From NCBI GenBank assembly GCA_963575745.1, contig CAUYUJ010000237.1, positions 186,001 to 250,000 on the forward strand: 64,000 bases of DNA. Reading direction: 5' to 3'. Of the stretch, positions 1 through 10,699 are shown piece by piece. Source of the stretch: Prorocentrum cordatum (lineage: Eukaryota). Under the pieces are notes generated by a model. It saw only the letters and a list, made by a program, of their open reading frames with translations. It was not told the DNA's origin and searched no databases. Within the stretch, counting starts at the first letter, position 1, and each line of letters opens with the position of its first letter. Both the position numbers and the translations under genes were made by a program.

Positions 1-356
1 ATGTGTAGGTGCAGTATTGGATGCCTATAAACAGTACACGCACACCAATGCGTAGACATAGTCTAACTCCGTGCAGTGCACGACCAGGGTTGCATGCCGT
101 TGGAAGTGTCACACCTATGCATGCCAAAACGTTAAGTTCGAAACCAGCCTTACGCATCGTACCAGTAAGATGGCGACTACAGCCATAAGCGGACACGTGC
201 GAATAGGGGGCGCGAGCAAATTGTTAATGACGCGTAGAAGGTGAGGTGAACACGCATCAGTGTAGACTGAAGGCTGGGTGTAGAATTGCAATGGAATGAT
301 ATAGGTCCGCACGTATACCACATCATAATCGCATGTAAATAGAGTAGGCGCACACG

Positions 357-680
357 ATATATATATATATATATATATATGCATATCAAAAAATACGTAT
401 GTGCAACCGCACATGTGCTGTCTGTATGGTTTGCTATTATATATATGTGTGTATATGTATGTGCATACATGTGTAGACACAAAGACTTGCATACACGTAT
501 GTATGTATGTTTGCATGAATGTATGTACGTATGTATGTATGTATGTATGTATGTGTGTATGTATGTTTGTTTGTTTGTTTGTTTGTTTGTTTGTTTGTTT
601 GTTTGTATGTATGTATGTATGTATGTATGTATGTATGTATGTGTGTATGCTTGTATGTATGTATGTATGTATGCATATGT
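357..680. repeat. Compound (TA)n/(TATG)n/(TTTG)n microsatellite
   Basis: Directly visible; similar TATG-like sequence resumes at about 1495-1600, after the element below. Confidence 0.95.
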
Positions 681-682
681 AC

Positions 683-1492
683 CTATCACCAAGGACCCAC
701 CCCCCCGAAATCGGACCCCTCCGAATCCCGGGCCCCTGCGGGAGGCCCCCCAGGCGTTCTTCAGTGCTCCTGGAAGCCCTTGCAACGGGCCGAGGCAGCG
801 GGCCAAAATCGGTCGGCGGCCGAGCGGCCCCCCCGAGGGCCCCAAGAGGCCCCAGACACCCACCAGACGCCCGAAGACGACCCAAAGAAAACCCCCAGGA
901 GGCTTCCCAAACGCAGAAAACAGTGTCCTGGTGATGTTTGCATGATTGGGGGACTGTGCTGTTCTTCGGGCTCCAAATCACAGCAAAACCATCCGAAAGG
1001 GCTTCCAGGCAGTCCAAGAGAGCCCCAAGACGGCACAACAGGGTTCCAAGATGGCCTAAGACAGCCCCATGACAGCCCAAGATGGCCCCAAGACACCCTC
1101 CGAAGCATTGCAAATCGTGACCCGGTCCTTCAGGGAGACCGCGGTCGGAGGCAGGGCGACCCGAAGAAGCCCCCAGAGGCCCCCAGAAGACGCCCAGGAG
1201 GCCTCCAGAAGGCCTTACGGAAAGTTTGAAAAACTTCCGTGAGGCCCCCAGAGGCTCTCCAAGGAGGAGCCTCCGCAAAATGAGCTGAGGATGATGGGGG
1301 AGAATTCGCACGGTAGGGCGAGAATGATGAACTAACATGGAGGAAGGATGCCGAAAAACATGATTGGAATGGCGATGCCAGAAAGGTTGACAAGGAATTA
1401 TCGCTAAGGTGTCTGTTTGATCTGCCTGCCATTCCGACTGAAGACCAAACTTCAAGCACCAAGGTGCATGGCGCGAAGCGCAAATGCAGTCT
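683..1492 (+). mobile_element. Non-autonomous interspersed repeat, 'family A' copy A, ending in a GCGC-GAA-GCGC hairpin plus AGTCT
   Basis: 766-1492 is homologous to the reverse complement of 45386-45544 joined to 47880-48439. The terminus caaggtgcatggcgcgaagcgc..atgcagtct also occurs at 49875-49907. The body is built of gccccaaga-like units. Left boundary approximate. Confidence 0.8.
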
Positions 1493-2707
1493 GGTGTATG
1501 AGTGTATGGATCTATGTATGTATGTATCAATGAGTATGTATGAATATGTTCAGATCAGTACACATGCGTGCATATGTGTGTATGTGTATGTGTATATCAT
1601 CATACGCACCTCTCCGAGGGACTAGAGCTCAGAGGCGGTTATTGTTGAAGCTCCGAGTGTGAGTGTCTGGCAGTTCCGCTTGGGACATCTTCAAAATTGT
1701 GAGAATTGCACGCACCCCTTACGCAGATCGCGACGTCGCGGTCCAAACATGTTCTAGGGACCTTCGACATTTGAACATCGACCCCTACGTCCACTTGCTC
1801 GACACTCCGACCTGCAGACTCCAGCATCCGACCTCCCACGTCCACCTCCACCTATCGACTTCCAGCCTCCAGCATCCGACTTCCCACTTCCACCTCCACG
1901 CATCGCCCCCCAGCATCCACCAGCTCAGCAAATCCTGCATCCAGGCGATCTCAATCGTATTCCTGCGATCCCAAGGAGGCTTTAATAGGAATGGAGCAGA
2001 CCCCCGATCCATAATATTCCGATGCCATTCCATGTGAGTTCTAATCGGATGTCAACAGCATCTTAAGTTGGATTCCAACATAATTCCAGTACGGATGAAC
2101 TACTTCAATGATATTCCGATTGGAATGGGGCAGACAGATGTCGATCCAGAGGAAATCAATCGTAATTCTATGACCGTGTGATGTTAGTAGAATTGCGGCA
2201 GGCATGCTGGTAATTGAATGCGGACTTATTGTTGAAATCATGCGAAGCCTTTATGCGGACTTCTGGAACTGACAGTGGACTTCAGAATGTGCAAACGGGA
2301 TTGCATCATCAAAAACATCAGCTCCCAGTTGTCATTGGGATACTTTGGTCATACTTCAATATCACATGCATGTACATCGATTCATGAATTGCTTGCACAA
2401 GAAGGTAACTGCAGGACTCACGCTGTGCAGACACATAGAGTACAAAGGCAACGCGAGGTTTATCTGCCAGTATACATGAAAGAAGTTTGCAACTGTCGGC
2501 TGACTCGAAAGCCTTGGCTTGGAAGGGCACATGGGGACCTAGATGTCTCGGGGAGCTCGGCTCAATCGGGCTCCCTGCCCTGGGTTCGCGAGGGAGGGGG
2601 AGGTGGGCCAGGCGCGTGGAGCGCGTCCGGCAGAGGATCGCCCTTTTGGGCGGCACTCGCTGCGGAGGCCTCGCCTCGTTGGCGTGGGTCCCGCGTGAGC
2701 GCCCCCT

Positions 2708-2798
2708 GCCGAGGTGCAGCGGCGCAAGCCGGCGCAGAGCGCTAGCACGTTTGCCACTCGAGACACGCCGGGTGTGCCAGGGAGGGCAGTGCCGAGGT
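2708..2798 (-). CDS. Candidate exon of an unidentified minus-strand gene
   Basis: cccag acceptor then (D)LGTALPGTPGVSRVANVLALCAGLRRCTSA. Protein-like, no recognisable domain. Confidence 0.3.
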
Positions 2799-3064
2799 CT
2801 GGGGGTCGGGGACGGGGGCGTGGGGCGGACGAGGGAGCGGAGGCTCGTCGTGGGCGAGCAGGTGTTACGAGTACATACGAGGAGGAGGAGGAGGAGGAGG
2901 AGGAGGAGGAGGAGGAGGGGGAGGAGGAGGAGGAAGAGGGTGAGGGGCAGGAGCAGGGGGAGGAGGAAGAGGGAGGCGATGACAAGGAGGAGGACGAGCA
3001 GGAGGACGGGGAGAAAGATGGGCGCGAGGCCACTGCAAGCCGAAAGCTGTGCCCGTCCCGCTCA

Positions 3065-3175
3065 GTGTCCTTAGCGCCTGAAGGCACGTCTGGTCGTTGT
3101 GTGTACATTCCCTGAACAGTGCTTGCGCTAGTAGGCTCTTGTAGAAGATGCCTCCGGCGAGCCTCCGCCGCCCCC
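3065..3175 (-). CDS. Candidate exon of an unidentified minus-strand gene
   Basis: Reads RLAGGIFYKSLLAQALFRECTHNDQTCLQALRTL in unique sequence between repeats. Boundaries approximate. Confidence 0.35.
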
Positions 3176-3289
3176 TGCCTTTCGGAGGCCGCTGTGTGGT
3201 AAAGTGTTGGCCCGAAATCCAGCCACGCCACTGGACTGCGGGTTCCCCCAGTGGTTGGGGAGGCCAGCGGGAGAGCACTGCGGAAGTGC

Positions 3290-3827
3290 CATCTGGGGTC
3301 GTCTTGGGGCTGTCCTGAAACCCTTGCGAGGCCTTGTTGGGCCTTCTTCGGGGTCGCCCTGGGCTCACTTGGGCCGTCGTCTTATGGCTCTCTTGGGCCA
3401 TCTGGCGCATTCGGAGGCCGTCTTCGGGGGCCTCGCTTGGCCGTCGTGGGGTTCTCTTGGGGCCCTGTCTTGGGCAGTTTTGTGATCCTCAGGGCGATTT
3501 TAGGCTGTCTTGGGTGATCTTGGCGGCCTCTTTTGAGGCGTCTTTGATGCTGTGAAAAAAAGGAGAGAACCCGAGCATCATGGAGCACATTGAGAACATC
3601 AATTACTTGTGCCTCTCGAGGCCCTCCTGGGGGGCCTCTCGGAGCCTTTTTGGGGCGTCTTACGGGCCTCTCGGGCCGTCTTGCAGCCATCTTGGAGCGT
3701 CTTGGGCTCTCTTGGGGGTCTTTTGTTGGAGGTATCCAGGGGTTTCTCTTTTGCTTCCAGAGGGCCTGGCCTCTTGAGGTCCTCCTGTGGGGTTGGGGGG
3801 CATAACGGAGGCACACGTTTGTACGAT
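3290..3827 (+). mobile_element. Interspersed repeat of tcttggggcc-like units with a conserved 33-bp end ('family D')
   Basis: End motif ggggggcataacggaggcacacgtttgtacgat (3795-3827) recurs inverted at 6930-6962 (30/33 identical). Similar body at 31065-31160 and 63590-64000. Confidence 0.65.
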
Positions 3828-3989
3828 TTTTCATATAGCTGAAGATGATGACTGCGATGATGAACATGCTTTGGACTCTCGGAGGTGCAGATGATGCCAG
3901 CGCGTCTCGTGGGCGTCTGCGGGACCTCCTCCTTCTCTTTCACCCAGCATATCCTCCCTCCTCCTCCGCGTGGAGTGCCTGGCCCTGGC

Positions 3990-5900
3990 TGGTGAAGAAG
4001 GAACCTCCTCCTTCTCCGTCCTGAGGGACAGGGAGTAGAAGGAACCTCTTCCTCCGTCCTGAAGGAAGGGAAAGGAAGGAATTCTCACCTCCTCCTTCCT
4101 GAGGGAAAGGGGAGGGAATGAGCCTCCTCCTCCTCCTTCTGAGGGAACCGGGAAGGGAACGAGCCACCTCCTCTCCTCCTTCTTGGGGGGCAGCGAAGGG
4201 GAAGGGAACATCCTCCTCCTCCTTCTCCTACTCCTCTTCCATCCTGAAGGAAAGGGGCAGGGAGAGATCCTCCTCATTCGCCCCCCCCATTCTCCTCCCG
4301 AGGGAAAAAGAAGGGCAGGGGCCGCATCCCCTGCCTCCTTCCTGAAAGGAAGGGAATGGGCCTGCTCTTCGTCCTCTTCCTCCTCCTTCTGATGGACATG
4401 GGCAGGAAGGGAACCTTCCTTTCCTCCTCGTCCGCCCTGAAGGAGAGGGAAGGAAAGGAACTTCCCCCCTTCCTCCTCATTCTGAGGGAAAAGGAAGGGA
4501 AGGGACCTCCTCCCCCTCTGTCCTAAAGGGCAAGGAAAGGAAGGAACATCCGGCTCCCCTTCCTAAGGGAAAAGGGAAGGGAAGTGACCTCTTCCTCCGC
4601 CTCCTCCCTCTGATGGAAAGGGAAATGCAGGAACCTCCCCCTCCTTCCTGGTGGAAAAGGAAGGGACGGAACCTCCCCCTCACCATTTTGAGGGAAAGGG
4701 AAGGGAAGTGACCTCCTCCTCCGCCTCCTCCCTCTGATGGAAAAGGGAAATGCAGGAACCTCATCCTCCTTCCTGACGGAATAGGAAGGGACGGAACCTC
4801 TCCCTCACCTTTTTTGGGGGAAAGGGAAGGGAAGGAACCTGCTCATCATCCCCCTGATTCCTGAAGGAAAGGGCAGGGAATGAACCTCCTCCTCGTCCCC
4901 AGTCACGAAAGAACGGACTAGGAAGTAACCTCCTCCTCTCCCTCATGAAAGTAAGGGAAGGGAAGGAACCTCCTCTTCCTCCTCCTCCCCCTCGTCCTCC
5001 TTCCTGAGGGGGTGGAAAGAAGGAGTTTCCTCCTCCTCCTCCTCCTCCTCCTCCTTCATGAGGGAACATGGAAATAATGAACCTCCTCCTTCAAGGAATC
5101 GAATGGCCTTCCTCTCCCCTCTGAGGGAAAAGGAAGCGAATGGCCTTCCTCATCCTCCTACGTCCTGGGGGACAGGGAAGGGAAGGGAACCTCTTTCCTC
5201 CCTGATCCTGATGGAAAGGAAGGGAAGAATTCTCCTCCTTATCCCCCGTCCTCCTCCTGGAGGAAAGGGACGGACAGGAGCTTCATCCTCATCCTCCTTC
5301 CTGAGGGAAGGAAGGGGGTGAGCCTCCTCCTCCTCTTCCTCCTCCTTTTGGTGGGAAGTGGCAGGAAGGGGACCTCCTCCTCCTCCTCCTCCTCCTCCTC
5401 CTCCTCCTCCTCCTCCTCCTCCTCTTCTTCTTCCCTGGGGCAAAGGGAAGGGAAGGCATCTCCTTTCCAACTTCCTCCTCCTCCTCCTCCTCCTCCTCCT
5501 CCTCCTCCTCCTCCTCCTCCTCCTCCTCCTCCTCCTCCTCCCTCCTCCTCCTCCTCCTCCCTCCTCCCCCCCCCCCCCCCCTCCCCCTCCCCCTCCCCCT
5601 CCTCCTTCTGAAGGAAAGGGAAGGGAAGGAACCTCCTCCTCCTCTGCACTGAGCGGAAGGGAATTAACGGAACATCCCCCTCCTTCTCCATGAGGGAACG
5701 CGAAGGGAAGGGGACCTCCTCGCCCGTCATGAGGGAAGGGAAGGGAATGCGCCTCCTCATCCGCATCATCGTTCCTGAAAAGATGGGGAGGGAAGGGAAG
5801 CTCCTCCTTCTCCTCCTCCTCCTCCTCCTCCTCCTCCTCCTCCCCCTCCTCCTCCCCCTCCTCCTCTTCCTCCTCTTTCCTGATGGAAAGGGGAGAATTT
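3990..5900. repeat. Degenerate purine/pyrimidine block minisatellite (ctgagggaaagggaagggaaggaacctcctcc-like) with (CCT)n expansions
   Basis: Dozens of alternating GA-rich and CT-rich blocks are visible. Confidence 0.9.
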
Positions 5901-5939
5901 TGGGATGATTGGGGGTATCCATGCCTGGGGCCCCCTTGC

Positions 5940-6860
5940 GTGGGGGGTGGGGGTCACAATTTGGTCCCCTTTGTGCGAGGGAATGTAAACTGATTTCCTT
6001 TGCGGGAGTACACATTGATCTTTTGGGGGGGGGGCTACACACAAATTTCCTTTTGTGGCGGAATTGCAAATCGATTCCCTTGGTGGGGGGTGGGGGTGTG
6101 GGGGGGGGCAACAAATAAATTCCCTTCTGTGTGAGGGGGCACATATCAATTCCCAGTGTGGGGGTTACACATGGATTTCCTTTTGCGGGGGGCCACAGCT
6201 TGATTCCTTCTTTGGCGAAATTGCAAAGGGATTCCCTTTGTGGAGGTTTACAAAAAAAGATTCCCTCTGTGTGAGGCGGTACATAGCAATTCCCAGTGGG
6301 GGTTACACATGGATTTCCTCTGGAAATCGGAGAAGGAGGCGGAGGAGCAGGAGGGAGACGAGGAGGAGGGGAAAGAGGGCGAGGAGCAGGGAGAGGAGGA
6401 TCAGGAGGAGCAGGAGGAGGAGGAGGAGGAGGAGGAGGAGGAGGAGGAGGCGGCGGACGAGGTGCCGCCGACGCCCACAAGCTTGCCTGCTCGCTCAGGG
6501 GCTGGACCGTCGGCCCTGGGGGAAAGGTCCCAGGAAAAAAAAAACGCCCCCCCTGCTGCACGGGCGTCGTGTTTTTTTTTGTCGGGCGGGCCCGAAAAAA
6601 AAACTGAACCAGTGGATTCAGAGGGGGCGTTTTTTCCTGGGACCTTTCCCCCAGGGCCAGGCCCTCTCATTCTCCGCTACAGAAGGGAATATATGTGTAA
6701 TCCTCCACAAAGGCAATCGCTTTGTAATTCCTCCACGAACGGAATCACCTTGCAGCCCCCCACAAAGGAAATCCATTTGCAATCCCCACAAAGGGAATCA
6801 ATTTGCACCCCCTCGTACAAAAGGGAATCAATCGCAGCGTCCTCCACAAAGGGGAGGACA
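5940..6860. repeat. Foldback-like arrangement of short repeats
   Basis: Left arm 5940-6320 repeats attccctttgtgg-like units. Right arm 6683-6860 repeats the reverse complement ccacaaagggaat. Confidence 0.7.
6512..6658. mobile_element. MITE-like element, 147 bp, with ~36-40-bp terminal inverted repeats
   Basis: ggccctgggggaaaggtcccagg(A)ncgccccc at 6512-6551 is matched by gggggcg(T)ncctgggacctttcccccagggcc at 6623-6658. No clear TSD. Confidence 0.75.
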
Positions 6861-6929
6861 GAGGAATGGAGAGAGAGAGAGAGAGAGAAAGAGAGGGAGA
6901 GAGAGAGAGAGAGAGAGGAACTTTACAAC

Positions 6930-7500
6930 ATCGTAGAAACGCGGGCCTCCGTTATGCCCCCCTACCCCCTCGTGTGACCCACCAACAGTCTCGCAGACCA
7001 TCTGGGGGAAAGGGCTCGAAATGTCAAGTTGGGGGCACCCTGTTGGGCACCTCTTGGGCCGGCCTCGTCTTGTCTTGGGGCGATATTGAGAGGCTTCTCG
7101 GGCTCTCCCGAGCGCTGGTAGGACTGAGCAGGAGGTATGCAACCAGCGCGCAAGAGCTACACAGTCTTTACAAGGACTTGGGCCTGTTGGGCCTGTCCCC
7201 CAGGCTTCGAAGGCGGCCCGCGACGCGCCAGAGAGAGAGAGTCCCAAGAGGAGCCTTCGGGACAATCGCAGGGCATGCCAGGAGTTTGGATGTCGAAGCG
7301 CGATCCCGAGGCTTGGAAACGTCACGCGACACTCCCTGGGAACACCCAAACACGCTTGAAAACGGCCGGCATACGGCGGCGGCATTGGATAAGGAACGTT
7401 TTCCTGGGGCCCAGACCCTGGCGCATTCTTTCTTGTTTCAAGGCGAGGTGGGTGGTCCACGTTTGGCCGCCCATCGGTCCCGAGACCCTGGGTTTCTAAA
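6930..7500 (-). mobile_element. Second 'family D' copy, inverted
   Basis: 6930-6962 is the reverse complement of 3795-3827 and is followed by tcttgggcc-type units. Right boundary approximate. Confidence 0.55.
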
Positions 7501-8479
7501 ACCTCCACCGTATAGTTATGCGAGTCCGATGTTGTTTATGATTTCAAGGCCCCGCTAGTGCAAGTTCAGTTTGTTGAACATGTGTTCGACCACCTTTAGT
7601 TGCCAGTTCTTCTGCGACGGAGGCGGCTGGAAACCTCCACAGTGCCTTCCCCATGTGGTCCTGAGTGCACGTTAGCGTCTACGCGAAGTATTCGAGATTC
7701 GTTTCATGGCCTGGATGTGGTCAGCGAGCTCTCGATCATACTCTTCGCAAGTATCTCGATGAAGCGGCTATCTGGGGCGCGGATGGAGGCGTATTATGTC
7801 TGACGACTGCGGCGCATTCCGTCTAGATTCTGCCCGCGGGTTCGCTCTGACTACAAGTGGACTCGCCCCCGAGCGTCGCGGGGGGGCACCGATGCTGTAG
7901 CATTGTGCCTGTTGGCGCCGGGCTTTGGGTTTTGATTTTGACCGAACAATGTCGACGCTTTTCGAATTGTTCGCTTTCCGCCAGACTTGCAAACCCCGAG
8001 CGCACTTTTTTTGGGGGGGGCAACCGTCTACGGGCTGCGCGCCTGGAGCCTTCACCATAAGTTTGCGCCAGTGCTGGGGGGCTCGGGCGATCTTAACTTT
8101 AAAACACTGGGGGCGCTCTCCGGTTTTCAGGATTGAAAGTTTATTTAGTTTGTGTTAGGGCAGATCCCCGTTCGTTTTGCGATCAGTGTTTTTTCTCCCA
8201 GAAAACATGGGTCTTCTCTGTTTCCGTAGCGGCGTTGTTCCTGTTTTGGGGTGCCGTTCTTGTTTGTTTGTTTTGGTTTGCTCGTTGTTGGCAAGGCGGG
8301 TGCCGTTTTTTTTTGTCGTTGCTTTTTCCCATGGCTTGTGGTTTTGATTTGGTCGACAGCAACACGAAGAGTTGAAAACCACAGATAAGCATCGTTTCTT
8401 GTAACAATGGGGGAGATAGCATGTCGCCCCCATTGGAAATGGGCCCCTTCCTTCCTGTCTCGTTTGCGCGGGGCGCCGT

Positions 8480-9250
8480 GAATGACTTCGTCAGAGCCAG
8501 CATGATGTCCGCTGGCACCAAGTCGCGGGTGGCTTCGGGTGCGCAGCGGCCGCTCCAACAGTGCGCGATGTTGCGCGTCCGTCGAGAGTGTCATCGCGTC
8601 GCCTACGCGGTCGTTCGCCAGACGAGCGAGGCGCGGCTCGAGGCACGGGGGCGCCGCAAGCTGGATCAGCCGGGCTGTTCCACAGTTCCCGCAGATCCAT
8701 GCTCAACGGGGCGCCCAAGTGCCGCGACGATTTGGTCAGCTGCCACCGCCTTGGGTTTGATCAGCTGCGTGGCGCGCACCATCGACCGGCTGGATCACGC
8801 ACAGGCTTTGGCCAAATAGGCATGGCGTCGTGAACCCATGCGCTCGTCGGGCCAGGAGCAACGGACTCGATTGAGCCCCGCGCGTCGCGCCGAGGCATAT
8901 GGTCACGCGCGCGAGCTCGGCGCGGGGTGGCGTGGCCTGCGGCCGCGGCCGATCGCCCGATGCGTTTTCTCACCTTGGACGCGCCGCTCACGCGGGCCGA
9001 GCTCGCAGCCGAGCTCCTCGCGCGACAAGCGGCCCACGCAGCCGCGGCTTGCAGGGCGCGTTGCCTCGCGCGCCATGGTCGCGCTGTTCCCCGAGAGGCG
9101 GCCGATGAATCTTCGCAACATTCTGCGCGAGCATTGGCGCGTGGACGCGCTGGGGCCAATCGGGCACTGGAATGCCACCGGTGACTTCTAACCACGCCCA
9201 ACACCTTCTTCCGCCGCGCCTGCGACCCCTACTTCGTCTGCAATTGCCAC
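8480..9250 (+). pseudogene. GC-rich decayed coding remnant, probably from a retroelement
   Basis: Frame-broken protein-like pieces (RFLTLDAPLTRAELAAELL; LRNILREHWRVDALGP). Same CpG-rich texture as the downstream LINE. No diagnostic motif. Confidence 0.3.
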
Positions 9251-10699
9251 TTCTACCATAGCCGCGAACCGCGACCGCCACGAGGACGAACGTGAAACTT
9301 CAACCCTCGCATCCCCGCGCGAGTCGTGGACTGGCCTCGCGCTTCCGACTGGTTGCGTGCATTTGTGTTATTATTGCCTTGCTTTGCCCATGGCCACCAT
9401 TGGGCCCGCCACTCCCGCAGCCTCCGCCACCGCTGCCAGCGCGGCCGCTGTCTTTCCTCCCGCTCTTGCATCTCGGAGGCGCAGGTCCGGCTAGCCCTTG
9501 GGTTGGCCTCCTTGGGGCGGTGCGCCGGCTATTATGTTTGGATTGGAGTTCCGGCCCCCCCTGCCCGTCTCGCCCTCGCACCCCCCCGCCCCCGCAACAG
9601 GCGAATCAGGCCCGTCTAGAGTGGGCAGGCGAGCCGGGCAGAACATCAGTTCACGTTGCCTCGCCCCCTTTACTTGGGCGCGCGGGCGACGCGCGCCGGC
9701 CGACCTCGCGGCCGCGCCTGGCAAACCCCGCGGGCCGCGCTGCGCTGCATGAGGTTCGACCTCTCGTCGCCGTTTCTCTTTTAGTGATGCATGTCTGAAG
9801 ATTCTGGCGAGCACTTGCGACTGCGCTGCCGTTTTCGACCAGTCTGCTGACCCGCGGCCCCTTCTCGCCCCGCTCCTTCTCCCGTTCTCTCCTCTGTCGC
9901 CGTAGGAGTTGGAGCTGTTTTCCAGACGTCGGCTGCCCCGCGAAGCCTTCGGCGATTTCCTCTGCGCCGCCGCGGCACGCGGCCCACTTGCGCGAGTGGT
10001 CGGCCAGGCCGGCGGGCGCGCGCGCGTCGACGCGTCGGCCCGGCATCCTGGCATCGCTACTTATTCTTCTTATATTTCTTCTTCTTCTCCCCCCTCGCCT
10101 TCATCTTCCGCGGGCATGTTGTCTCGGCGAGGTTTTCTGTTTATGATTATTTTAAATGTAAGCAAGTGATAGAAATATATATGTATATATATATATATAA
10201 GAAATCGTCTTTGTACCGCAAATCGTGGGCGCCTCTGATGCGAGGCTGGGCCGTTGTCTTTGTTTTCACGGCGCGATCCCCGTGCCGGGCTGCCTTGCCG
10301 CCGCGGGCCCCGCGCAGCGCGCCGCCTTTCCCGCGCCCGCGGCTGCGGGGAAATAGGGGGCTTCTCCAGTTCCTGCAGCCGCGGGCGCTCAGTCTCCGGC
10401 GTCGGCCAGCAATTGCGGGAAGTCTCTCGCGCGCCGCAGCGTCGCCGAAGAACGGGCTGGCTCGCGGCGCGTCCGCGACGCGGCGTCTTAGATTGGCGCA
10501 TCGCTTGTTCCTGGTTTTAGGGCTGGCGCCGAGCTGTGCCGCCTGGGCGATGGGGATCAGATATCAGAGGTCGGCGAGGAGATCTCCGGGGGGCGCGCCC
10601 GCGCCCCCTGCGCCGACGCGGCCAAGGGCGAGCCCTCGCCCGTCAAGCTCCAGGTCGACGCCGCGCTAGACCAGGCAGTCAAGAAGGCCATCTCCGAGA

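Noticed and set aside
7600..7825. Possible tyrosine recombinase tail (LRRRR...TLRKYLDEAA)
   Set aside because: The pieces are in different frames and lack HSLRxGG and GRW, so the resemblance is too weak.
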